Of a DNA stretch of 37,666 nt, positions 1 to 10,820 are shown one piece after another; position 1 is the first letter of the stretch; each line of letters begins with the position of its first letter. Location: assembly GCA_010093995.1 (NCBI GenBank), contig ML992545.1, positions 1 through 37,666 on the forward strand, in the 5' to 3' direction. This DNA is from Elsinoe ampelina (Eukaryota). The translations under genes were made by a program, and so were the position numbers. The notes below the pieces were generated by a model, which saw only the letters and a list, made by a program, of their open reading frames with translations, was not told the origin of the DNA and made no database searches.

Positions 1-3000
1 TCTCCGAGCGACCCTTTGGTCAGAATGTTTGACTTCCAGCTCTCATAGCCTGGGTCACTCTTGCTCTTCGTCATAGGTACCAGCTGTAGGGTGGCTTGCT
101 CGAGTCGACTTTGAGCCTCTGTCGCTTGCTTGGAGCGTTTGCTACTGACTGCTGCAATAGTGATCCTTCCGTCGCAGACATCGTACTTGGAGCTGTCAAA
201 GGTTGCTGCGAGTCGGACGAGCGCTTCTTCGGCACTCTTAACATCCTCCAAAATGTCGGCAATCTGATATTCGCGATCGCGGTCCTCTGACTTCTTGGTC
301 TTCTTGATGCGCATGTCAGCGCTATTGAGATGTTGAGACACTTCCGTGTAGACCAGACGATGAGCATAGGCTAACGAGACGGGGACGAGGTGGTCCTGAT
401 AGGGGAAATCGTCGAATTCCAGGATGTTTTGCCGAACGAATGCGTCGAGGAAATCCTGTGCAAGCTCGAATGTCCTCTTTGTGACCGCCATTGACGCACT
501 CGTCCTGAAAGTCTGGAATTGTTCAAAGTCGGTCTTCTCTTCTAGTATTGCCTTGAGATTTTTGGCTGACAAAGCACCAGGTGCATTCTCGCTGACTCTC
601 AGCCGGACACCTATGAGGTCCGCCATCTTCGCAATGTCATAGGGGTCTTGTAGCTTTGCCGTCGCTGACAAGGCCCATTTCTTGTCCGCTTTCAGATTCT
701 CCACGGCGGCGTAGTCCTTCGAGGTCATGTAAGTGAATTCATCGATGACTATTCGATTGAAGTGGAACATTTCGAACAATGCGTGGCCAGTCGCTGCGAG
801 TGCTTTGTTGTCAAGATCAGGAATGCGAGCGTTTTTCATTGCCGAACTGGCCATGTCTCTACCAGCATAGGCCTGTCCTTTAAGTCGCTTCGAGGGCACG
901 AAGGAGGCAAAGTCAGGGTCATCCTTATGCTGCTTGTAAACGGCTCTGATCTGCTTCTCAAGGCCTTTGCGGCCCTGACCTCGCATGATCCTCGCGTGCT
1001 GGTGGATCTGGTCATTCACAAAGTTTAGCCAGCTAGCATATTGACGACTTCGTGTGCTGTTAGGTTCTGGCACCCCTGCGAAAGCCGCAAGGCGCTTCAC
1101 ATAGCTATCGGAGGTCAACAGGTCCTGGTTGACGATGATGATGCGAGCTCTCTGGAAATTCTCGATACTGTGCTTCGCAAGATCTGTGATGGTGTTGATA
1201 GCGATCGTCGTTTGTGCAAATGATCGACCGAGAACCTTGTTCACTTCAGAGGCCCACTGCTCGACCAGAGTCTTTGGCGCCACGACCAAAGTGCCTGCAT
1301 GATATATAGGTCCAGAGGCCACTCCAGTTGGGGCTTGCATATCCGCCATGATGTCGTCTGCTGTTCTTTCGTGGTAGTCTGAGCCAATGAGAGCCAAGGT
1401 ACAGATGGTCTTGCCGAAACCGGGATGAGAAGCTTGAATGCCGCCCTTCACCTTGTGCTTGCGTTGTGCCTTGACTTCCACCCGCCAGTCGACGCTTGGA
1501 AGTCGATACTCTTCAACTTCCTCTATTGTGTATTCGGTGCCTGAACCGGACTCCTGTCGAATCATCCATGCCAGACTTCGCTGCTGCTTCGGCCAAAGAG
1601 TGATGTTTAGCTTGACAGGCGGCATTTGGGTCAGATCGCGATCATTGTTTAGCAGCGAGAAGTTCGGCAACTCAATGTCTGTAGTTTCAGTGTAGCCGGG
1701 GTCCACGCTCCAACATAAGCCGGTCTCAAGGTCGCCGATGGAACTGCAGAGACGGTCTAGCTTCCCCAGAGCACGATGGGCCAACGTCACAAGGTTCAGC
1801 CTGACAGAGAGATGAAGTACACCATCAGTGGTAGTAGACTGCAGCTGTGCTACCGCAGGACGGTTTTTGAGTTTGGCCTCAAATTCTGTAGCTGACGCAG
1901 GGTGCTCATAGGGGCGTAGTGCTTTCATGTCTCGTGTCCACTTCCATCGCAGCGGCGCTGCAGGAGGTAAGCACGTGGTACATGCAGACATCCCACCAAC
2001 GAGGCCAAAGGGCTGATCTCGGATGGCCGGAAAGCCATCCTGCGAGTTGCTGAACATCCAAGCTGCGTCTCGGAAAGTCGGTGCATCAATGTTACAGAGC
2101 TCGGCCGCAGCGTTGAAGTTGACCAGTTCCACAGCGTGCCGGCACTCTGCGAAAGCGTGTGTCGGTACAGTCGACGCATCAATGAAAGTGGCAGTCAATT
2201 CGCTGCGTGAAGCGGTGAAGTGCAAAGTGCTCGCAGGCAAGTCGAGCCACCCGTCAGTATCATGGACACTTGGAGTCTGAGATTGTGAGCCTTTGACCCA
2301 GGGTCTCCAGGAGGGCTGCAAGCACGCGTGAACGTCACGGTCTTCGCCATAAGACTTTGCAGTGATGTCGCTCGTGAACACCATTGAGTCGTCCTTGGGA
2401 TCTCCAATCGGATCTGGATCGAGCATCAAGTAACATGGTATCTCTGTGTCGCCTGTCCTTTTGTAAAGGCTTTCACTTGCAGTTCCGCATCGTGGCAAAT
2501 ACGAATACGTGCCGTCAAGACCTGCTGTTGCCTGATCTCGACTTTCGACACTGAGCTCCGTTGGGACTGTCTGGTCCTCGTATCCTGGTAGCTGTAGTCG
2601 CGCCAGCCAAGAAGCGCTTACCTGAGGTCCATGAGCCTTGATTGTCAATTTCTTTGAGGATTTTGCCGGAAAGCGCCAGCGCCATTGCACGCAGAAGATG
2701 CTATCTGACCGCACGTCTGCTGTTGCGATGGGACGTTTCAGAAAGACCCTCAGCTTGTCGTTCGCAGCCAAGGACTCCTCAACGTGAGCATACAGGCGCC
2801 ACTGGCTGCTCTTTACACCGAGACGAAGCTGTAGTCTCGCAGTGTCAGAAGACCAGATCACCGACCACGCTCTGCCGCGCTTTAGAGCTTCGAATTGGAA
2901 TCTGGCATCCAGGCACTGGCGGATCGTTGCGAGATACGCAGCCTCCAAGCCCGCCTGTTGGCCTAGAAAGTACTGCTGAACCTGGTGCGACCCTTCGATG

Positions 3001-5501
3001 CGTAAATGTGTCGGAAACTTGTGCTTCCAGCGACGATGGAATTCCATCGGGTCAAGACGGTCCTCTCTCTGCACCTGTACCGACTTGTAATTATGTAAGG
3101 GTTTGCCTCCGCAAGCCAAACATGTTGTATGCCCGCAGTCGTGGCAAGTCTGAATCGCTTTCCTCGTCAAATCGAATGGTCCTTCGCAACTGCATTTCTG
3201 TGACGAATCTTCAGCGTCCTGACACAAAGCCTCGACATCGATCATCTCTTGGTCTAATGTCCTCGAATTGTGCATAGGAGTAGCAACGACTTCTAGCGCA
3301 GGCTCGCTCGTCGTTGCATCCACCTCAAGGCTCTGCTGCTCGGTTCCCAGAATATCTGTAGGTGTAGCCATCAGCGCTGCTAGGATTGCAGCACCAACGA
3401 CTGTCGAACTCATAGCATTCCCTGCCATATCTTGGATTTGACGACTAGTCTCGGTAGTGAACGTGATCTTGTCTAAGGGCAGACCTTGTAGGGTCAAAGT
3501 CTCTTCGGCGCTTAGCGGACCGCCCCGAATAGTCAAGTAAAAGATACCAGAAGGAGTGATGCATGGTGCAATCCCTGTTGGCGTACTGTCGGGATTGCGG
3601 TCAACGTTCTGGGAAACATTGATGATTCGACTTTTGAAATTGATATCGATACATCCACCATTAGGCAAAGCTTTGCGCAACAATGAACAATCGATCATGT
3701 CCAAAACACGCTCAGGCATAGACCGAAACCAAGTGACGTCGGCGTTGTCAAAGAGCTGGAACGACCCACTTTCTTGCCATGAAGTGTAGGGACGAGCATT
3801 GCCAATCTTTTGCTCTAGTCTGTACTGTATGTGTCGGAGGAGGCATTTCAGCCAGTCAACTTCTCTTGTATAGGTGTCTAGTATACTTCTCCGAGCTGCG
3901 AGAGCGCTCGCACGTAAGACTGCAGGATCGTCGTTCGAGAGAAGAAAAGCCGCAGCAGGCGAGCTAGCCTGCCGACGCAGGGCGAGCATGTTCTGAGTCC
4001 ATTGCTTGACAATGTTCGATGACTGCTTGTCAGATTTACAAGCAGCAGTGTCAATACAGAACATGTATCCGCGTTGTCGTGTCTGGGGCAGGTAGAAGTT
4101 CTTTGTGTCTGCAAGCACCCCGGAAGCTGCGTAACCAATAGCTTCATATCGAGCTAGCATGTCGTCCCAAGGTGCTGTGAACACATTCTCCAAGATCAGT
4201 ATCCGCGGTCTCCAGACCTTTGCATAAGCAAGGACAGCTTTGAAAGTATCGCCGGATTCGCCATTCTCGTCGATGCCCTTTTTCTTGCTATTTAGCATAG
4301 AGTAGTCGACGCATGCGGTGCCAGCGATGATGATATCGATGTCTCCTGGAACTAAAGCCTGGGCGCCATATGCTGTCGTCGCTGTCGCCGTTTGATCTTT
4401 CGCTCCTGTAAGCTCTGTGATATCTCGGAAGATAAGAGGCACCTGGAAATTCCTTTCAATGTATGCTTGCTTGTAAGGTACAATTTCGGCGGAGAAGAGA
4501 TGGACAGCGTTAAACGTGGTACCGAGCTGCTCCCTAAGTGCCTCTTGTATGAGCTGTATCGCAAGTAAAGGGCTCTCTGTACCCGAGCACATTGTAGCAA
4601 CACGGAGGGCCCGGCCCTCGAGTCCACGGACTGCCTTGTCGAAGCCTTTAGAAAGCGAGACTCGGACCATGCCTTGGAAAGCTTTTTGCACGGAGTTGAT
4701 AGGTGGAAGATTGAGGTCAAGATTCTTCTCATTCAAACCCTTCGCCAGATTGACCATGCGTATCTTTGTGTCCTTTGTCGTCTTTCCTGGGACCGTAGTC
4801 GTTACCGTTGTTGCTTTCGCCAAGACCGTGGAAAGCTTACTCGGCTGAGACTTCCTCCCCTTACTTCGATGTTTGGGCATCCCCAGGTCCGAGAAGGACT
4901 CGTCGTCGGTAGGGGAGGCATCCTCGTCACTTGACTCTGCCAAATTTAGCAGGTCGTCGTCATCTTCGTGACCAGAGTCAACTTGATCATCTTCGGGCGA
5001 GAAGTCAGACTCGTCGGCCTTGGCTGCATAGGCATTGAGGTCATCACTCGTGGCGCTAGCCCCGTCATCGTCGTCGTCGTCGTCGAAGAAGTCTTTAATG
5101 AGGATCTTTCGACTCGTACGCCGTCTGGGGATGGTTTCGGAATTCGCAGGCTCGGAGTCATTTGATATGACTGACTTGGTGGTGTCTTGCATGTAAGTCT
5201 CGACCGGAGCTTCATCACTAGAAGTGTCCGTGAAAGGATGTCGATCAGAAGAGATTGGGTCGATTGAAGGCCCTGGCCGGAAGGCCTGAATTGTCTTCTG
5301 GTCAGGCCTGACGATTTCGATGACTGGTACCAAGGGAGGTGAAGCAAGTGACGTCGCTGAAGGTGTATCCAATCCTATTCCACGGACAGGGTGACTGGTG
5401 GCGGCCGAGCCCTTGAAGAGGATCCTGAGATCTCCGTACTGTGCTTTTTTGGCGGACCTGCCTACACGAGATTGCGGGCTCTCCGCTTTGCGTTTGACCA
5501 T
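1..5501 (-). CDS. DNMT5: DNMT5-type C5 DNA methyltransferase fused to SNF2-family ATPase; 3' end lies outside the window
   Basis: ATG at 5501 (MVKRKAESPQ...). The same frame holds an acidic low-complexity N-terminus and the MTase motifs RVATMCSGTESP (~4570-4605), AGTACVDYS (catalytic Cys, ~4300-4325), ILENV (~4185), LPQTRQRGY (~4065-4090) and QDMAGNAMS (~3410-3435). SNF2 motifs follow: GGIQASHPGFGKT (~1407-1445), RIVIDEFTY (~730-756) and WALSAT (~660-680). The ORF track lists nothing in this frame, consistent with no stop before the window edge. Confidence 0.9.
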   Translation of the reverse strand, partial: MVKRKAESPQSRVGRSAKKAQYGDLRILFKGSAATSHPVRGIGLDTPSATSLASPPLVPVIEIVRPDQKTIQAFRPGPSIDPISSDRHPFTDTSSDEAPVETYMQDTTKSVISNDSEPANSETIPRRRTSRKILIKDFFDDDDDDDGASATSDDLNAYAAKADESDFSPEDDQVDSGHEDDDDLLNLAESSDEDASPTDDESFSDLGMPKHRSKGRKSQPSKLSTVLAKATTVTTTVPGKTTKDTKIRMVNLAKGLNEKNLDLNLPPINSVQKAFQGMVRVSLSKGFDKAVRGLEGRALRVATMCSGTESPLLAIQLIQEALREQLGTTFNAVHLFSAEIVPYKQAYIERNFQVPLIFRDITELTGAKDQTATATTAYGAQALVPGDIDIIIAGTACVDYSMLNSKKKGIDENGESGDTFKAVLAYAKVWRPRILILENVFTAPWDDMLARYEAIGYAASGVLADTKNFYLPQTRQRGYMFCIDTAACKSDKQSSNIVKQWTQNMLALRRQASSPAAAFLLSNDDPAVLRASALAARRSILDTYTREVDWLKCLLRHIQYRLEQKIGNARPYTSWQESGSFQLFDNADVTWFRSMPERVLDMIDCSLLRKALPNGGCIDINFKSRIINVSQNVDRNPDSTPTGIAPCITPSGIFYLTIRGGPLSAEETLTLQGLPLDKITFTTETSRQIQDMAGNAMSSTVVGAAILAALMATPTDILGTEQQSLEVDATTSEPALEVVATPMHNSRTLDQEMIDVEALCQDAEDSSQKCSCEGPFDLTRKAIQTCHDCGHTTCLACGGKPLHNYKSVQVQREDRLDPMEFHRRWKHKFPTHLRIEGSHQVQQYFLGQQAGLEAAYLATIRQCLDARFQFEALKRGRAWSVIWSSDTARLQLRLGVKSSQWRLYAHVEESLAANDKLRVFLKRPIATADVRSDSIFCVQWRWRFPAKSSKKLTIKAHGPQVSASWLARLQLPGYEDQTVPTELSVESRDQATAGLDGTYSYLPRCGTASESLYKRTGDTEIPCYLMLDPDPIGDPKDDSMVFTSDITAKSYGEDRDVHACLQPSWRPWVKGSQSQTPSVHDTDGWLDLPASTLHFTASRSELTATFIDASTVPTHAFAECRHAVELVNFNAAAELCNIDAPTFRDAAWMFSNSQDGFPAIRDQPFGLVGGMSACTTCLPPAAPLRWKWTRDMKALRPYEHPASATEFEAKLKNRPAVAQLQSTTTDGVLHLSVRLNLVTLAHRALGKLDRLCSSIGDLETGLCWSVDPGYTETTDIELPNFSLLNNDRDLTQMPPVKLNITLWPKQQRSLAWMIRQESGSGTEYTIEEVEEYRLPSVDWRVEVKAQRKHKVKGGIQASHPGFGKTICTLALIGSDYHERTADDIMADMQAPTGVASGPIYHAGTLVVAPKTLVEQWASEVNKVLGRSFAQTTIAINTITDLAKHSIENFQRARIIIVNQDLLTSDSYVKRLAAFAGVPEPNSTRSRQYASWLNFVNDQIHQHARIMRGQGRKGLEKQIRAVYKQHKDDPDFASFVPSKRLKGQAYAGRDMASSAMKNARIPDLDNKALAATGHALFEMFHFNRIVIDEFTYMTSKDYAAVENLKADKKWALSATAKLQDPYDIAKMADLIGVRLRVSENAPGALSAKNLKAILEEKTDFEQFQTFRTSASMAVTKRTFELAQDFLDAFVRQNILEFDDFPYQDHLVPVSLAYAHRLVYTEVSQHLNSADMRIKKTKKSEDRDREYQIADILEDVKSAEEALVRLAATFDSSKYDVCDGRITIAAVSSKRSKQATEAQSRLEQATLQLVPMTKSKSDPGYESWKSNILTKGSLG

Positions 5502-5591
5502 CTTGTCTACATTCGAATCGGACAAGGGTGCACTGAATTGTACGCAGAAGGCATAGGAGACGACTTTCGAAATGTCGCTCGAGACCCTTGG

Positions 5592-5626
5592 GCGCGAGAG
5601 GAGACGCGATGTCGGGGTTCACGCGT
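5592..5626. promoter_or_regulatory. MCB-like cluster (ACGCGT 5621-5626 plus CGCG cores near 5593 and 5605) upstream of DNMT5
   Basis: Exact ACGCGT about 120 bp upstream of the DNMT5 ATG, with two more CGCG cores within 30 bp. The motif is short and could occur by chance. Confidence 0.35.
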
Positions 5627-6027
5627 CGAATCGCCGACATTGAGCTAACCAAAATCGGACCCAGCCGCAACGCACACCTACAAAGGCGACAGCAATCAAG
5701 TATGGCATTCACGTTTCCAACGCCGCAAATACTTACTAGATGTGCCATCTTTAGCAAAATCGACGTTGTGCGAACTCGAAGTGGGATCACGGCGTGGTAT
5801 GCGGGTAATTACTGGAGCTCCAGCGGCTCATGACCGAAACGAGACGAGCCGTGGCAACGTGCATGTGCATGTGCATGCGTGTCCAGCTTCAGGGGCTAAA
5901 TACGACGGTGAATGTCACTGCATGAAATCGATCCTACATTCCAAACTCCGGCAGCAAGTGCTCAAACTCCTCACTTTTAAACAGCAACAGCCCTAAGTAG
6001 CATAAGAGCATTGCGGACAAAAACATC

Positions 6028-7050
6028 ATGCCCGCATCGTACACATTTGAGGACCTCAGTGGGACAACAGCAAGCAGCTCTGGTAATCCCTACGATGGGC
6101 TCATTGAAGCCTGCAACGACGACCCTGTAAGCGAAACGATTCTGATCATCGTGAATTGTGCTGACACAATTTGTAGAAGCAGATACAGGCCAAGTACGAG
6201 ACACACCGCAACACCAGGGAGGGCCAGCAAAAGGCAAAGCTGCTTTCGCCAGCCTTCGATGCTGTCATTGTAGACGAGACACTGCTCAAGCTCGAAACTC
6301 AGCCAGGATTCGAAGATCCTAGACATTGTCTAGTATTTTGGGCGAGACCGCCAAAGGCAGTCAGATCACTCATATCGGAAGTACAACAGCGATTGAAGGA
6401 GGTCGCACCACGTCCGTGGCTTCAACCGACCTGGATGTTCTGCACTGACATGTCTAGGGTTGTGGCTGATGCCCGAGGATTGCTTACACACTACCACATT
6501 GGAGATCACACATTCTCTCACCGAGCCCGAGATCACAGACTTGGTCAACCGTCTCAAACCCGTGGCCAGCAAGGTTGTCAACTACACACTTGATCATCGG
6601 GCCAGAATCATCAAGCCGAAGATCACATACGATGCTCAGGCAATGGCTCTGTCTTTTCTGCCTGCCGCCGGCGAGGGCCGTAGTGCAGCGGATGACAAGT
6701 TTACCTATCATCATCTTCGCAAGGAGCTTTGGTCTGTCTGTACCGAGGCTGGAGTCAAGGTCGAAAGTCGATACGTCGTTCCATCTGCGCACCTGACGAT
6801 TGGTCGATTCATCTTCGCCGATGAGTTCAAGAAGAGCGACGGAAGCTTCGACCACGATCGTATGCAGAAACTGGTGGAAGTGATAGAGCAGACCAACAAA
6901 TGGCTTGAGCAGACTTACTGGCCAGATGCGGAAGGGCGCATCAAGGAAGGAGGCGAATGGATTCTCGGCCAGGAAAAAGGACTTGATCACAGACGAGGCA
7001 CCATCTGGTATGGAGGCGGCGAAACTGTTGTGCTCGGAAAAGGATTTTGA
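6028..7050 (+). CDS. 2H phosphoesterase (LigT / cyclic nucleotide phosphodiesterase-like) protein, ~308 aa
   Basis: Exons 6028-6126, 6177-6411 and 6458-7050 are joined by GT-AG introns with CTGAC branch sites. Two HxT motifs are present (CLHTTTLE, SAHLTIGRF), along with DPRHCLVFWARPP. Confidence 0.75.
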
Positions 7051-7781
7051 CGACATGACGGGCACACAGGTGAATAGACAAAGATAGACAGTTGTAGACG
7101 AGGTCAAATGATCCAGCAAGCGAGGCAGGCATTCGGTTGGAGACGTTCAAGTGGATCAATAGTCGGTGATCGAATAGATGGAAATTGTGGGTGATTTTGT
7201 CACACGAAGACATGCTTTCATCTGCATGGCCCATCGGGGTCGCGTCTCCGGTGGCCCTAGCTTCAGCTAGTCCTGCAGCTATCTGGGTCAAGCTTCCGTG
7301 TTGCGAGACGTGAGGTCCAAGAGATATACAGCCGGATGAGAAGGAACTGGTGAGGTCCGGTTGGTGAGCAGCCTTGTCCTCCCAATCCAGCATCTGCACC
7401 CAAAGCTTGAATCTCGTCATGACCGAAAGACAAGGCAGCATTCCATGACCGTAATGGCCAGAGTGAAATTGGGCTCGCAGATCCTCCCGCTCGGCAGTGT
7501 CAACACTGTCAAGTTCTGTTCGAAAGGGCCAGGAAATATGCTTTGGCGGTCCCCACTTTTATTCTCCTGCCGGGCCAGCTGCCCTCTGATGAGGTGCCAC
7601 GCTTGGCGGACAGCTTTGCCAGCTCCCCAGCTCTGCATGTGTCTTCTCTGACTGCTGATAGCACCAACCCTGCGTGTCCACACCAGTCCGCACACCATTG
7701 CCCATCCGGAATCCCCGCTATTCATCAGAGTCTTAGATCCGTTGGCACCTTCGATCTCCCTCATCCAACCTTTCGCCCACA

Positions 7782-10560
7782 ATGGGTAAGTCTGACCCCA
7801 TCCTGTTCCCTCTCTTCCAATCTCTTTTGCCGACGACTCGTCCATCCATCTCCACCTTCCCTCACCTCTCCTCTTCGAGAGCCTTGTCTCGTCTTTCTTG
7901 AATGTCGCTGACCCATTCTCCTCGAGCAGACGATTCTTATCGCCCCCGTGAAAGTGTGAGTAGCAGACTTTTTCCCCAAGGACATCTTCAACACCCTATA
8001 CCATGTTCGCGGCCTGTCACTGCGGTCGGGAAATAGGAAAGAGTATGGTTAGAGCAGGTCAATAGCAGTGTCCGGACCACATCGTCAAGTTGGACCTACT
8101 CGATACTTCACCTAATACTCCGACCACATATCTACCCGACCTCGTCGAGTCATTTCAACATCCCGACCTTCGACTCCAGCAGATTTGCGCCGGAAGACGT
8201 CTTCTGGTATCGGCACGACAAATATAGTCCATCTCCTCGGTTGAGGCTGTATGCAAAATGCTGGAGACAACATCTGGGACACTTGACCAGGAACCATTGT
8301 TGACCTGCCCCTCAACTCGTCAACAGCTATTGTTGGCACCTCGACAACGGACATATGGCTTCACATGAATGTCGCCAACACATCAGCTGCCACGTCATGA
8401 AAATCTCTTTCACTTGCCAACAAATACCTTGGACCTCCCACCTTCCTCTTTTCTCTGGAATCACTCGCCACGTTCTCCTCACGACAATCTGCTTCTGGTA
8501 CGATCACACCACCCGCTTGGACCTGCTTTGACCTGCTCTAATACTATAGCGCTCTCTCAAAGCCATCATGGGGACACACATGTGGACGGATAAGCTGACA
8601 TTCAGGCAGCGCGACAGGTCTCGTTCACGCCGTCGCTCAAGAAGCCCTCGTCGCAGTCGCCGTGACTACGACTCACGCTCGCGTTCCCGCGAAGACTACA
8701 GACGTTCCGACCGTCGCTCACGCTCTCCAGCCAACGGTAACTCGGGTGGTTACTCAAATAACTACAACTCAGGTCGCGGAGGTCCAGCCCCACAGAGGTC
8801 ATTCGAAGACCGTGCCGCAGCGAAGGAACAAATGATGTCTTCAGTTCGCGACAACTCTCAGCAAGACCGTCGTGTCTACGTCGGCAATCTTTCCTACGAT
8901 GTCAAATGGCATCACCTCAAGGACTTTATGCGTTCAGGTCGGATAAAATTCTGCCCCACTTTCACGTGTCACATGCTGACTCGATCGCAGCTGGAGAAGT
9001 TCTCTTCGCTGACGTCTTGTTACTTCCGAACGGAATGTCGAAGGTGGGCACATGATCGGCTGGTTTCCCTGGCTTTGGTTTTGTATTTTTGATGGACGTT
9101 TGATTGACGGATTGGACCTTGGTCCGGGTCATTATAGGGATGCGGGTAAGTCACTTTACTCTCGAAACATTTGTATCATACTAACAGTATCAAGAATTGT
9201 GGAATACGCCACCAAAGACCAGGCTCAGAACGCCGTCAACACTCTCTCCAACCAGAACTTGATGGGACGCCTCATCTACGTGCGCGAAGTATGTGGTCGA
9301 TGGATCCGGTGGATGATGGATGTTATCTGATGTAATGTGCTAGGATCGTGAGGCCGAACCCCGCTTCAGTCAGACAGGCGGTGGTGGCGGCCGTGGCGGG
9401 TTCGATGGCGGATTCGGCGGCGGCGGTGGCTTCCGTGGAGGCTATCAAGGTGGCATGGGTGGCGGTATGGGAGGAGGCATGGGCGGTGGCGGCGGCGCTG
9501 GCCGCCAGGTCTTTGTCTCCAACGTGAGTGCCATCTCTACATGGGTCTGATATTTCTGACCTGTCTCAGCTTCCCTACACTGTCGGATGGCAGGATCTGA
9601 AGGACCTCTTCCGTCAAGCTGGTACGTTCCCCAACAATCGATGGACTGGCCCAAGGTGGTACGGTCCAATACTCAGTGCTGACTCCAAAATAGCTCACGC
9701 AGGATCCGTCATTCGTGCCGACGTCCACATGGCTCCCGACGGTCGTCCCAAGGGATCCGGTATCGTGGCGTTCGACAACCCCGAAGACGCTCGCAACGCC
9801 ATTCAGCAATTCAACGGCTACGACTGGAACGGCCGTGTTCTCGAAGTTCGTGAAGATCGCTTCGCTGGTGCTGGCGGTCCAGGTGGCGGTGGTTTTGGTG
9901 GCCGCGGAGGATTCATGGGAGGCCGTGGAGGCTTCGGAGGAGGGTTCGGAGGTCGCGGTGGATTTGGTGGCGGTCGTGGTGGATTCGGCGGCGGATTCGG
10001 CGGTCGCGGAGGTTTTGGAGGTGCACCAGGAGGAGGCTACCAAGGTGGAGGAGGAGGTGGTTATGGCGGTCCTGGAGCTGGACCTGGTGGCGATCAAGCT
10101 GCCGCTCAGCCCAACCCATTCACCGACTTTGCGACTTCTGGTGGAGAGGCCAGCCCGATTATCTACGTCCGCAACGTAAGACAAATCTACGTCGTAGATG
10201 AGGCAGATTACTGACAGAACATTAGCTTCCCTGGTCAACCAGCAACGAAGATCTCGTCGACCTCTTTACCACCATCGGCAAGGTTGAGCGTGCCGAGATT
10301 CAGTACGAACCCAACGGTCGCTCCAAGGGTACCGGTGTTGTTGAGTTCTCGAGCCAGCCTGATGCGGAGACTTCCATCTGTGAGTATCTCTCATCTGTTG
10401 ATTGGCGCCATTACTGACTGTCTCAGCCAAATTCTCTGGGTACATGTATGGAGGTCGTCCTCTCGGCTTGAGCTACGTCAAATACCTCAACCAGCAGGGC
10501 GGCGGTGGTGACGCCATGGAGGCTGAAGCTACTGGCCTCACTCAGGACCAGATCATGTGA
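7782..10560 (+). CDS. GBP2: Gbp2/Hrb1-family SR-like RNA-binding protein (RS domain, 3 RRMs, RGG), ~504 aa
   Basis: Eleven exons give an intact frame: 7782-7785, 7930-7955, 8610-8937, 8991-9043, 9138-9145, 9195-9288, 9344-9523, 9570-9621, 9694-10175, 10226-10379, 10427-10560. Sequence includes RS repeats, [52 protein letters not shown] and GGRGGF repeats. The first two micro-exons are less certain. Confidence 0.9.
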
Positions 10561-10820
10561 TTCAGTCCAGTCACAACACACGATCCAGTTTCTACGAGTC
10601 TCTCTTTCAGCCACCTGCACTGATGGTGCACAGGGTTGGGCTTGTCTCATTTTGAGCATCTAATAAAAGTTTCAGGAATCAAGGGCTGCATCATTGACTG
10701 GCTGGTATGGGGACGGCGCCAGCAAGGGGATGGACGACGATGCAGCCTTGCTTCAATAGCATAGTCTCGAGACGAGATTTGAATCTGACACTGCTTTCTA
10801 CATGAGTCTTCGAATGGTCT

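Noticed and set aside
2615..2625. Strong splice-donor-like CAG/GTAAG on the minus strand inside DNMT5
   Set aside because: The reading frame is the same on both sides and stays open, so no intron is required. A frame-preserving intron cannot be excluded without RNA data.
71..5790. Many short ORFs on both strands, including 2642-3277 (+, 211 aa)
   Set aside because: They are shadow frames of the long DNMT5 reading frame and carry no recognisable motifs.
9370..10080. GGN-rich repeats resembling a tandem array
   Set aside because: They encode the Gly/RGG-rich linkers of the Gbp2/Hrb1 protein.
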